NCBI GenBank assembly: GCA_002633005.1
Contig: NMRA01000188.1
Location: 205,080-269,079, forward strand
DNA: 64,000 nucleotides
Source of the DNA: Phoronis australis
Lineage: Eukaryota; Animalia; Phoronida
Direction: 5' to 3'
How positions within the stretch are numbered: the first letter of the stretch is position 1; every line of letters starts with the position of its first letter. The notes below the pieces were generated by a model. The model was given only the letters and a program-made list of their open reading frames with translations. It did not search any database and was not told the DNA's origin. Of the stretch, positions 53,016 through 64,000 are shown piece by piece. The translations under genes and the position numbers were made by a program.

Positions 53016-53725
53016 AAGTGATCGGTCATGTGACTGTAACAGACTTCGGGCTTCACTGAAATAATTAGACGTCGTGGCGAATTTCGGCATCTTGCACCCC
53101 GAAATGGAAAATAGAGTGTTCGGTAAAAAATAAGTTTGAGGCACTCCTGAAAATGTTGCGAATTGCATAATAGTTGCAGCCTTCTGACAGTCCAGTCGTT
53201 ATATTTTGGAAACTGAGCTTTTATGACTTTAAACATACGTCTGTTTACTGTACCAACATTCAAGATGGTGGACGAAAACGAGGACTCGTGTATATGAAGG
53301 TTCCGTTGTGTTTTTGTGCGTGGTAAGGGCTATGATAAGTATTTTGCAAAGAGACGTTCATTGCACGGTAACGGTTCTGCTCAGTGTTATATGTACAACT
53401 GTACTGTTGTACGTGATAAGTTTCATTCAGTTGTTGGTGAGAACAAAAAAGGGGAGGTGTAACATGTTTAGGCCACAGAAAAGGACACACTGTGCCACAC
53501 TGGACCGATTTGATGTTGGGCCTTTTCATTTTTTTGATGGGTCCAAGTAAATAAACGGAGAATACTTTCTATTATTTTTGGTACAACCTCAAACAAGAAA
53601 GTCTTCAACCATCTCAATCATGGCGAGGAAAGGTATTGCTATTTTTTGAAATAGACACTTAAAGGTGTCTTTCAACTGTACTAAATAGTTATCGTTGCCT
53701 GATGACCTGCGACATTTTGCTTCAG

Positions 53726-53935
53726 ATCACTGTTTGGTTGTTGTCCCGAAACCCGAGAAATTTCTTTACACGATGAGCGTCAATGGAACAGTACTCCACC
53801 CAGGAGAGAGGTGGCAGCCTAATGGTGCCACCATACAATACCGGTGTTTAGACGGTTTTCACTGGCTCTTCAAAACAAGCAGAACTTATGTCTTAGAGTG
53901 TGAAGCGAGAACTGAAACCGTACCACCATGTAACG
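53726..53935 (+). CDS. Sushi/CCP-like array gene, module exon 6 (DHCLVVVP...NGATIQYRCLDGFHW...LEC...VPPCN)
   Basis: ttttgcttcag|, donor G|gtaag, 210 nt, phase 1-1, 4 Cys. Confidence 0.88.
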
Positions 53936-56159
53936 GTAAGAATAAGTATCAACAATCGCACCATCATCTTAAGCGTTACAAATAATAATCACATGAGAAA
54001 ATTCCAAATTAGTTTTTCCGTGTAAATGCACACATCATGACACAAGAGAGAATCAGAATTATAATAAATTCCTAAGCTAGGAAGTTGCCGTTTAATACTA
54101 GTGCGCATGAGCGTGCCAATCTGTGTATGGGGACCATCACCTGCAATTAAAACAGAAACATCACTTTACTTTGAAATTGCCTATCTTGGTAAACAGCGCC
54201 TGAAAACGAAATTGAATTCTTCGCAATTCGAACGAGTTAAGATGATATACATATACATGTACATGTAGGTATCACCGAGGTTGTGTATTGCATGAAGTGT
54301 CCACAAAAATATTGTTTAGGTTTAACTCAGTAAGAGCATATATACCCTGTAAAAGTTTGTTTTTAACTTTGTACTTATTCGCTATTAATTTAACCACATA
54401 ACTATGTCACTTTAGTAAGCAAAAAAGAAAGGCATATCCTCTGCAAACCAACGGCATCCAGAGCATGAACAAAATTCATTTGAAATAAATGTTTAAAAAG
54501 AAATCTAAAGACGCTGTTACAGTTTTTTTGATTGATAATTTCGTTTTTGTGATGCAACTTTTGATTAAAAAAAGATCATCGAAGCCTTTTTGATAACCCC
54601 CGAAAAATGTTATATTTTAAAAAGAATTACGCCTTAGTACATGAATGTTAAGAACGGAATCGGAAAGTTTCACATCATCTTAATCGGCCATTTCTAAGGT
54701 ATGATTGTCAACAGTCAGCTAAGTTTGGACATGTCTCTAGTGTCCTCTCACATCTGTGAACTGTTATACCAAAGGCAGCGACAGGTGGAGCTACCGTGCC
54801 ATCGTCCTAGTTCTTTTCTTGCTCATAGTAACAATAATGGTACGACAGTCGAGCTACAGTACAAAACCGTTTTGAAAGGATCGTCTCACAACAGTTGTAG
54901 GCGCCTTTCACGACTGTCAGGGAACTAAAACTCGTCCCACGAATCTCGATTGTTTTCCTACAGATTGGTTTGTCGTTTGTCTATACAAAACTTTCGCTGT
55001 CTGCTTCTGCTACCGAGCTCTGCTTAGGACTAGTGACATCCATTTTCGCTGTCATTGTAATAGCTTAAAGAATTTCATCAAGTCAGTCCAAAGGCATAGA
55101 CTACACTGTAGCAACATGTTCCCATAAGTCGTACGATTTTCATAAAATAATTTGTAGAGAACATCAACTTGAGATGTTGGTTTGTACGGTTGCCGTGCGT
55201 CTAATAGACGAAAACGCCCGTCAGGCAATCTCGATACCATATTGGATAGTTCAAACACAAGCACGCTTAAGTCTCGTCTACGATGGTTGCCTATGAATTC
55301 GGACGACCTCGAAACCAAAACCTTGAGGTAGTTTATTGCAGTTTAATTTACGGGACAGATCATACAATTGCACAATACAATTACTTTTTTGTTTGGTGAA
55401 GGATCAGTTAAGATCAACTTTCATTGCTAATATGAGCAAAGGTAATTTAACATTAAAACAAGTGGAGGCTACGATTCATTCATAATAAACAAAAATGTCA
55501 AGACCTTGCCAGCGTTATAATGCACCGTACCTCATTTTGCTTACATGTATGTACTGTACATGTGCAATGCGGCTAACACCACTGTGTGTAAATTAGTTAT
55601 CAGTTTTTATTTATAATGCATATTTCAGGCGAAAAGGTTGGTATTTACTACTAAATTAATGATGATTAAGAAGGTTGGTCTGATTTTCTTTTGTCATTAT
55701 GTGCATGCATGCGTTGCTTATTTTTGTACGTTCTCCTTGGAAATGGGGACTTTTACGCCCAAGTTGTGGCTGGGTAGCAATTGCTACAGGTCACTAAAAT
55801 AAACGATTATTGATTGATTGCCTGAATGATAAATTATCCACTTGAACTCTTGAGAGTAGAAGTTTTTCTCTATTTGCAAATCTGAAAATCCTTATCACTG
55901 TGTGTTAGAATAATGAAAGTTTGACACATTTCTTCTAAATAAATGCATCTTTTCAACATGTCGAACTTAATTTAAAAATGTCACTACAAAAATGCACCGC
56001 GAGCTAAAATATATAAAGCCGAGTATGATTTTGCATGCATGCCTGAGTAAATAGTTTACAGCATGTGAGAGACCCATACTTTGTCCTTATGTGGTGTTCA
56101 TTGGTTCAATAAGTCATTTTTACTGTAAACCTCTTTGTTTCATTTGATTTGATATTACT

Positions 56160-56250
56160 GGTTTACCATGGTTTACATGTATACCATTGTTTACATGTAT
56201 ACCATGGTTTACATGTATACCATGGTTTACGTGTATACCATGGTTTAAAT
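56160..56250. repeat. 18-bp tandem repeat ccatggtttacatgtata, ~5 units
   Basis: Directly visible; units contain short palindromes. Confidence 0.85.
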
Positions 56251-56299
56251 GATATACATGTGAAGAGCTAACTAATCAATTAATGATCAGAAACATTTT

Positions 56300-56535
56300 C
56301 AGCCGTATTCATAAAGGTGGGTTAAAGTTAAGCCTGGTTTAATGACTGGACTTAGACCAGGTTTAAAGATAATCTGCATTTCATAAAGGTGGCTTAACTT
56401 TTAGACCAGTGGTCTAGTAAAACCTGATTTAACTCCAGGTTAGACCTGACCTAAGTCAGTTTTCATTTCACCAACGAAGTCTATATTCTTTAGACCTGTA
56501 CTAAGATCTTAAACCAGGTTTAACTTAAGACTTGG
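56300..56535. mobile_element. Probable PIF/Harbinger-type MITE end fragment
   Basis: gccgtattcataaaggtgg start, duplicated internally, with repeated agaccag/aaaccagg motifs. Confidence 0.4.
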
Positions 56536-56689
56536 TCATTCCCAGGTTTGATATTGTTAAATACGTCAGACATAATATTATAATTGATGCAACTGAACAA
56601 TGCCGTAGTGTGCATTTACGACGTAGTTTAAGAGCGAAAGCAAACTATGTTCAATATTCAGTTTTACGACGACACAAGATCAAACGTAA

Positions 56690-56838
56690 CAGGGGCGGAT
56701 CTAGGATTTTTAAAATGGGGGCTGGTTCTTATCAAGCAGTAGGATGCCGTTCAACAATTTGAAAATTGTAGATTTGGTATCACTAAAATTAAGGGAAAAG
56801 GGGGGTCCGGACCCCTTGACCCCTTGGATCCGCCTATG
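56690..56838. mobile_element. CAGGGGCGGAT-terminus MITE, near-5-bp TSD
   Basis: cgtaa|caggggcggatc...gatccgcctatg|cgtat. Same subfamily as 38338-38489 and 60466-60615. Confidence 0.8.
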
Positions 56839-57094
56839 CGTATACCAGTACGTGTTGAAGGGTTCCTGTGGATTCCTCAGAACACGACTAGTCGAGCAGA
56901 GCGTCACTGTCGTAAGCGCTACGCGTATGACTGAAGGCGACATCTTCTGATTCTTCTGACCCAGTTCCACCTCAACTGGTCCCCGACTTAAGGTTGCCTG
57001 CAGGGGTCCTGCTCCCCACTGGCAGCACAAAATATACAATAAAGTAACACGGAGATTAATTTGTGCATTTACTACATTGTATGTTGCGGCTGAA

Positions 57095-58262
57095 TTAAAA
57101 TATCGTTTTTATGGAAATTACGCGTCTCATTTTTCATAGCGTATAATTGTTGGTGCATTGCCCTTTGCTGAACATGCGATTGTTGCGCGTGCTCATTTAA
57201 GTATTCTATTTTCACGTTCGATGACATCAGCCGCTGAGTGCATGGTGTAGTCGTAAAGTCGGCTACTCGCAACTGTTGAGGCCCGGGTTCGAATCCGGCC
57301 GCGGTTTCCCGCCAAAATGTTATCTCACTAGTGAGATAAAATTATGGGTTATTACACGGTTGTATCTGCCATTCGAGGCTGATGTTGTGGTTTTAATATA
57401 GATTATTACCTGGCGAAGTCGTTATCCCCCGTTAACTAGAGCCCGAGTGGATTTTGGAGAATTATCGCCCGAGGGGCGTTAGCCCCGAGGGTGATAATTC
57501 TCCAAAATCCACGAGGGCTCTAGATAAGGGGGATAACGGCTGAGAACATGTAATAATCTATTTATACCACATACTTAACGAGAAACATTGCAATGAATCG
57601 ATTTACCTTTTCTGACTCTCCACGTCTTTGTAACTACTTTCTATGTCAGAGGCCCGGGGTTGGAGGTCGTGACCTTTTCAGAAAAGCCGGGCTATTTTTG
57701 TCAAATAATGCTTTTACTCAAAACCAATTGAAAACTTAAATATAATAGAAATAAATTGAATTGATAAATTAAGGTTTACCAATTATTATACCTTAAAACA
57801 CGTTTTTTTCACGCTAAGCTTCGACCGGGAAATTATCGTCTGCTAAAGTAGGTTACCACTGGTAACTGAATATAATTCTCAAGATCCTGACCACACGATA
57901 CCCGCATTCAAACGGTAGATTGGTGATTTACAAGTAAGAGGACACGAGAGAAAATTTTCACTGAATTAAGGTATCATTTTTATGGAAATTATGTGTCTTA
58001 TTTTTCGTAGCGTATAAGTACAGTCTAATGCGGTTTGTTGAACATGCGATTATTGCGCGTGCTCATTTCAGTATTCTATTTTCACTCTTGATGACGTCAG
58101 TCGCTGCATGGTGTAGTGATAAAGTCGGCGACCAGCAATTTCAATGTCCCGGATTCGACTCCGTCCTCGGTTTCCCGCCAAATCGTTATCTCACTAGTGA
58201 GATAACTTGATGGGTTATTACACGGTCGTATCTGCCATTTGACGCTAACATTGTGGTATAAA
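57095..58262 (-). mobile_element. Helitron2/Helentron-like element: full unit 57398-58262 plus a head-to-tail partial unit 57095-57393
   Basis: Terminal hairpin 57398-57561. tttataccaca (57561-57571) is inverted with tgtggtataaa (58252-58262). 57095-57393 duplicates ~57970-58260. Confidence 0.7.
57235..57310 (+). ncRNA. tRNA-derived (SINE-head-like) segment inside the repeat; second decayed copy at ~58100-58175
   Basis: A-box-like tggtgtagtcg and B-box ggttcgaatcc with a T-arm stem (ccggg...ccgg). No full cloverleaf. Confidence 0.5.
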
Positions 58263-59309
58263 AGCAATTATTTTTAAATTGAGTAATTTCTGTTTTTGTT
58301 TGTGTAATCATGCATCATCTAAAACTCATATCAGGGTTTTCAATGACTCATGCAACTCACTGGCAGACGAAAAATGGCGAAGCTGTGATATAAATAACTA
58401 CAGTATTGACCTATTTTAGGGACAATAACTACAAAATTGACCTACATGTATTTTTAAAAACAGAGTTCTAGCGGTGCTTGATCATGTGGATGTCTTTTGA
58501 AGGAAATGCTGAGCTTTCAAAATTACTGTAACCAAGTCCAGATGGTTTTACACTTCGCTAGATGGTCCTTTGTTTTACAATTTGGTGACATTAGACGGAA
58601 AATTGTTGCAAAAATATTGATAAATTTGTTCGATAACAGCTTCCGGTGATAGTGAGTCGAAGCTTTCTTCGCCAGTACAAAAATTCTCACTACGGCCCTT
58701 GAGTCAGGTATGCAGCACTTTCAGTTCGTTTTTTTTTAAACTATATATTGATGAAGCATAAAAATTGGTTCCAGGTGATCATTGCAATGGGCCTAACTGA
58801 GCTGCCAGTACACGCCTAGCACAACGTGTACCAAGCAGCCTACAATTGTTTTTTATTACCTCCATAGCAAGAGAAAACACCTAAACAAACGAATAAAAAC
58901 TGCTCACGCATTCCAGTTCTATGGCACGTCTTATTTGAGGTAAGGCTGACAGTCAGCAAGTGACAAGACCGGCTCGACCACAATTCGACTCAAGAAGAAC
59001 CTTTTGAAATTAATAAAATCCTGATTACAACATCTTTTCTTAAATAAACGTTCAGCGTTACAGTATCCTTTTACATGTCCGTTTTGAAATCCAGATTGCT
59101 CTAGCTCTTCCCAAAAACAGAATGTCGCAGACGAATGACGATCGCGAATTACAGCAACAGTTACCCATGAGGGAACCCCGGATCAGGACGTAATCTCAGT
59201 TACCGGGTAAATTTACGAGAAAGTTGAAGCAAAAAATAAATAGCAATGCTCAAAAGGATAAATGGTCAACTGGCATTGATTGTTGAATAATCTGACGTTG
59301 TTGTTTCAG

Positions 59310-59546
59310 TTAAGTGCGACATTCAAATGATCAACTCTACTGCACGTTTGTACACAGTAAAGCAATCTATCGACAGTATGAATTTGAAGTCAATTGAGCT
59401 GGCCCCTTTGTCTAATGTAACCATGGAAACGGGCAAGGCCGTCGTTGTGGAATGTGTTCCCGGACACAAGTGGGAAGGAGGGCTTATGACTCAATATTTC
59501 ACATGGACTTGCCAACCCATGAGCTCCTTTCCGCCACCTTGCACGG
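59310..59546 (+). CDS. Sushi/CCP-like array gene, module exon 7 (VKCDIQM...GKAVVVECVPGHKW...WTC...PPPCT)
   Basis: ttgttgtttcag|, donor G|gtaaa, 237 nt, phase 1-1, 4 Cys. Confidence 0.87.
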
Positions 59547-60060
59547 GTAAAGAAGTGGAGGAACTCTTACGTGGCTTCTGTATTGTAAATGTAAACTTAC
59601 GGAAAGTTATGTATTGTTCAGGTCGGTATTACAATTCGCTATGATGATTGACTATGACGTCATATCTCCTAACTGGAGCATCGTTAAATGGCTAGTTGGG
59701 AACCTGAACGAAAGGCTGTTTAGAAAAAAATTAATTAGAGGAGTATTTGTTCAAGTTGGAAGGAATTAAATACAACAACGTCGTCATCAGTTGTCTTTCT
59801 ATTTGCTTCGCGTATAGACCTATTAACATGACTCCGATGGTTTAATTACCATGTGGCATAATTTGCCGAAAGCATACGCTGGAGGTCATCAATAGAATGA
59901 CCAGCGTCTCTACTGCTAGTTGGGACGGTGGTACTGTCTAATGCAGACCTAGTGCCCGAAACCCAAATGGCAATCAATGTGGTACACGTCAGGTAACGTA
60001 AGAAATTATTTTCATGGTACTAAACTTATCTAAAGTTATCTAAACCTATTCCCATTTCAG

Positions 60061-60270
60061 ACGAATGTGATCTTGTCATATTGGCAAGGGATGTGTCGAA
60101 GTTTGTAGTAGAGCAAGGCAACGCTACCCTCGTTCCCGGGACTCGCAGTGTCATTGCTGGCCAGCCTCTGACATTCAGGTGTTTGCAAGGTCAATACTGG
60201 TCGGATGGTACAGTTCGCAACATAACGTGCGACTGTCTAAGCGAGTGCTTGGCCCCTCTGCCTTGTACAG
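60061..60270 (+). CDS. Sushi/CCP-like array gene, module exon 8 (DECDLVI...GQPLTFRCLQGQYW...ITCDCLSECLAPLPCT)
   Basis: ttcccatttcag|, donor G|gtcag, 210 nt, phase 1-1, 6 Cys. Confidence 0.88.
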
Positions 60271-60319
60271 GTCAGATTTAGTGATGTTTAGTTAGAAATC
60301 TAATGTAATGGAATGAACT

Positions 60320-60789
60320 CAGTGTTCGAATTCATACTTTTAAACTGATGTTACAAGCCCGGCTAGCTTTTAAATAATCACATACATGTACACTGTCTAT
60401 GTGGTTGTGGTCTCAAAAAGGTCTATTGACTAATTTTGTTTGCTTCCCACTTGTTGAACGCCAACTAGGTGCGGTTATACGATTTTTTAAAAGTTGGGTC
60501 GGATCAAGGATTTGTTTAAAAGGGGGGTTCAAGTCAACAGTTTAAAGATTCTAGATTTGATATCACCAAAAATCAAGGGAATAAAGGGAGCCCGGACCCC
60601 CTGAATCCGCCTATGCCAACGAGTTTGAAACTTCGTTGGCAATAAATCTGCGATCGCCCCATTCACTTTGTTTGCGCATAGAACTCTAGCTTAGAGCTCT
60701 AGTATACTGATGAAACGTGTTTAGCAAAGATATAGTGGTTGTACTGGCCCGGAGGTCCAGCACATTTATTTGCGGAAGTTCGAACACCG
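60320..60789. mobile_element. hAT-type MITE (8-bp TSD) with nested 5-bp-TSD MITE at 60466-60615
   Basis: aatgaact|cagtgttcgaa...ttcgaacaccg|aatgaggt. Nested: ccaac|taggtgcgg...ccgcctatg|ccaac. Confidence 0.75.
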
Positions 60790-61148
60790 AATGAGGTTCT
60801 GGCCAAACTGATTGCAACATGGGCGGCTCAGCACTGAAAAAAGAGGGAGGGCTAAAGCCCTCTCAGACCCCCTGTGGTGCAACGCCTATAGACCATGTGC
60901 GGTGTAGCACTGAAAACGCCCAGCCACCTATGGTGCGCCGCCCATGTGCCATCGTTGTCGATGGAAGCTGATTAGTCTTTTCAGGTGGCACAGCTATTAT
61001 ATTCACTTGTGGTTAAATAATAGCAATATCTCGCAAGGTGCGAGATGGGTATTGCGCAGAATGCCTCGTGATCTGCCACCTCACAGATGTGTGTAAATAG
61101 TTCAAGGGCTCGTTAATAGGTGTCCCTTGCTTGTCGTTTTACTTGCAG

Positions 61149-61367
61149 AAAGGTGTGACTTGATCATTCAAAACGCCTCCATCACTAGATTCACGACGTC
61201 GTATTCTCAGTCACGACAAACGCTACAGACAGGTGTCTCTGTAGTTAACCATAATTCCAAGATTGTGTTCACATGTGATAGTGGGTTTTATATGGCGAAC
61301 AAGCTCTCTTCAACTGCAGTCACATGCGACTGTAAAGGACAGTGCATGCCACCCAGCCCTTGCACCG
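61149..61367 (+). CDS. Sushi/CCP-like array gene, module exon 9 (ERCDLII...NSKIVFTCDSGFYM...VTCDCKGQCMPPSPCT)
   Basis: ttttacttgcag|, donor G|gtagg, 219 nt, phase 1-1, 6 Cys. Confidence 0.88.
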
Positions 61368-63335
61368 GTAGGTTAGTTTTAAAGCTGTTATCTGTGATCA
61401 TTTTGTCAAAAATGTTTAAAATGATTTGAAGTTGCTATGTATCGACTTTGTTCACTTTGTTTTTGGGGGAGGATCCCTGTTATAAAATAGGCCTCTGTTA
61501 GATAAGATCTCGTGATCGTGGGGCGTGCGAAAACTTGAGAGTTCATGCGCGCACCCAAGGGAAGGAGTCGGTGAAACAAAAAGTCCTAAAAAGTAGAAAA
61601 CGAGACAAAAGTCCATCAAAAAGGCATGAACTACTAAAATTTGGCGTATGCACAATTCATATCGCTGAACATACCCCGTTTTTTATTAATAGGTCAACGT
61701 GCTCAAAAATTGAGTGATGTTGGGTTTTGGAGTTTTGTCTAATAAAGAACAGACAACTTTCCAGAAAATCCCTCGTAATGAACAATTTGAGGCCAACAGG
61801 TACCCTTACCTGAAGTCGCACCTGACAAACATTTCCCTAGAATTTTGTAAGTGAACGGATTTAAACATCATTTTTCCCATTCATATTAAAACCAGAGATC
61901 GATCTGTGTTTTTGCAGCAGTAATTGGAGAATCTCAGGGTTCGGGATTTAACGTTTTTACACAAAATGAAAGTGACATTAGATTTACTTTTGTCAGAAGT
62001 TGACTGTGGGTTTGTTTAAAGGGTAGCTTTGCTTTGTGGCTGTGTTTGGATGGAGAGAGAATGATTAAATCCAGCAATTATTTATTATATAATAATCACT
62101 TATTAAAACAGGTGAAACCTGTTGTTGATTAATTACACTAACAATGGAGAAGAGTGACTACGCTAGCGCCCACTGTAGGGATAACTTCAATGAATTAACA
62201 AAAAATAATAAAATGTTAGATCTGCTATTCAAGCTGTAGGACTCGATCGTTGGATAACAGTGTTCACTTGTTGGTTAATCTTCGAAATAACACGCACTGT
62301 ACTGCAACAGTGTACTTGCTGGTCACAGCCCGATCGTGACGCCACGTGCACTTGCAGACAATATCTTTTAGTCCCACAATTCCTCTTGCTGGTCTGGTCA
62401 CAGTTTCTTCTGACGCAACACGTGCAGGTAGTATTTTACGTGCAAGTAACAAGCTCTTATTTAACTTCCTATTCGTTAATTCCTGCCCTTGCTAAGATCC
62501 TCTTTAGAATCTTCCATGAGATGGCTCTGTTGTACTATTTCTTCAGTAGGCCTACACTGTACCAAGTCCTATAGCTTCAACTGGACTACTAAATCCCATC
62601 TGAATATCTTCCAGACTTCTGCCCAAATTATAATAATGTACTTACTTAACGATTGGCTGATAACCACGTGATCTTATCGAATCACATCATTGTCTATTAA
62701 GATCTAAAATTGCACTAACCCCAGAATCAAAGTAGTAAACATCATCTAAATGTAGATGTTGATTTCAATAATGCATGTCAACAAGTTTATTTTGGACAAC
62801 TTAAATGGAATTAACTCTACTGATTTCTTAATCAATAACTATTCTGACCAGTTTGTTCTATTCTACTTTTGTGCAAACTCAATATACGTGTGTATTCTAT
62901 GCTCGAGTACATGTGCTCTGTGGTTTATGCATACATGTATGCGTATCTAGTCCAAGTTCGTGCCTGATGACCCCCTAGATTGGTGCAACCGGCTTGAATG
63001 AGTAAAAAATTGAGTTTTCGAGTTCAGATTTGAGCTTATAGCGTTAATTTTGGGGTTGTTAAGAGCAAGCTAGGATTAAACAGTCACCCGCGTGAACAAT
63101 TTAGCACAGAATAATAGACAATCATTTTGAATTTGCACAAAAGTTGAATAGAAGACCCCAAAAAAATTTCGAATTTGATTTCACCTAGGGTCCAGGTTTT
63201 TCGCAACTGCTTGCTTCTACGTTGCTTTGGTATAACAGATACGCCTGTTGTTTAGTCATTAGGGAAAATAATCTGTTGCAGCTTATTACACCCGTATCGT
63301 AATAACTCTCGTTATGGAAATATTTGAATTTTCAG

Positions 63336-63554
63336 AATTCTGTGATGTTTTTATTCCTTCAACGAACCAAACCAAATACACCGTTTCCCTGTCGACGACT
63401 GACGAACTTGACGACGACAAAGTGCATACATTGGCATACAATAGTTACCTTTTAGTCAAGTGTATTCCTGGCATGTACTGGGCTAATAAGGAGACGCAGC
63501 GACTTATTGTGTGTGTTTGTAATAGGAAATGTGAGCTTCCCAAGCCGTGTGCAG
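63336..63554 (+). CDS. Sushi/CCP-like array gene, module exon 10 (EFCDVFIP...NSYLLVKCIPGMYW...VCVCNRKCELPKPCA); gene continues past the window
   Basis: gaattttcag|, donor G|gtgag, 219 nt, phase 1-1, 6 Cys. Confidence 0.88.
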
Positions 63555-63657
63555 GTGAGGAACTTGATTGCACCCCTACGGATTTCGCAATATTTAATTC
63601 AACCGTTATCTTATACATGTATCAGCGTCATAAACGATGGCGTTCCCAAAAATGCAA

Positions 63658-64000
63658 GTATGTTTATGTATGTATGTATGTATGGATGTATGTTTGAATG
63701 TATGTATGGATGTATGTATGTATGTATGTATGAATGTATGTATGTATGTATGTATGTATGTATGAATGTATGTATGTATGGATGTATGTATGGATGTATG
63801 TATGTATGAATGTATGTATGAATTTCTGGATGTATGTATCTATGAATGTATGTATGTATGAATGTATGTATGTATGGATGTATATATGAATGTATGCATG
63901 TATGTATGTATGGTTGTATGGATGTATGTATGTATGTATGAATGTATGGACGTATGTATGAATGTATGTATGAATGTATGTATGTATGTATGTATGTATG
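63658..64000 (+). repeat. (TATG)n compound microsatellite
   Basis: Directly visible, with tgga/tgaa variant units. Confidence 0.98.

Noticed and set aside
57235-57310. Functional tRNA gene
   Set aside because: Acceptor and anticodon stems do not pair convincingly and it is embedded in a repeat; kept only as tRNA-derived.
35580-63335. Dscam-style docking/selector sequences upstream of module exons
   Set aside because: No shared intronic motif visible by eye before the acceptors; needs computation.
63507-63809. MYVC-repeat ORF
   Set aside because: Translation of the (TATG)n microsatellite.

Overview
Eukaryotic (animal) draft-assembly window: AT-rich, intron-rich, dense in transposon remnants, with three N gaps. 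A marine invertebrate origin is inferred, not shown. Two divergently oriented spliced genes can be read directly from the sequence. (1) Minus strand, about 22.2 kb to <1: the 5' part of a Tubby-family (TUB/TULP3-like) gene. Three coding exons splice in frame to MSGGWMNGPPGSVPDDGDDVPSQSIRQQKMQKQRELIKQRQEKNKRQPGMMLASNEERPRS..., and RFX X-box-like motifs lie nearby. (2) Plus strand, about 29.3 kb to beyond the window end: an uncharacterised gene with at least 10 single-domain exons. Modules 2-10 are phase 1-1 and multiples of 3 in length (210-288 nt); module 1 has a phase-1 donor but an uncertain 5' end. Each exon encodes a highly divergent Sushi/CCP-like disulfide module in a 4-Cys or a 6-Cys (CxC) form. 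This array is the most interesting feature. The rest is non-autonomous DNA transposons (Kolobok-type TTAA elements, hAT-type MITEs including a 5-bp-TSD family, a Helitron2/Helentron-like element with a long hairpin and a tRNA-like segment), decayed coding remnants (CR1/L2-type LINE ORF2, hAT transposase, YqaJ-like nuclease, THAP-like) and mini/microsatellites. No database searches could be run, so family assignments rest on motif recognition.
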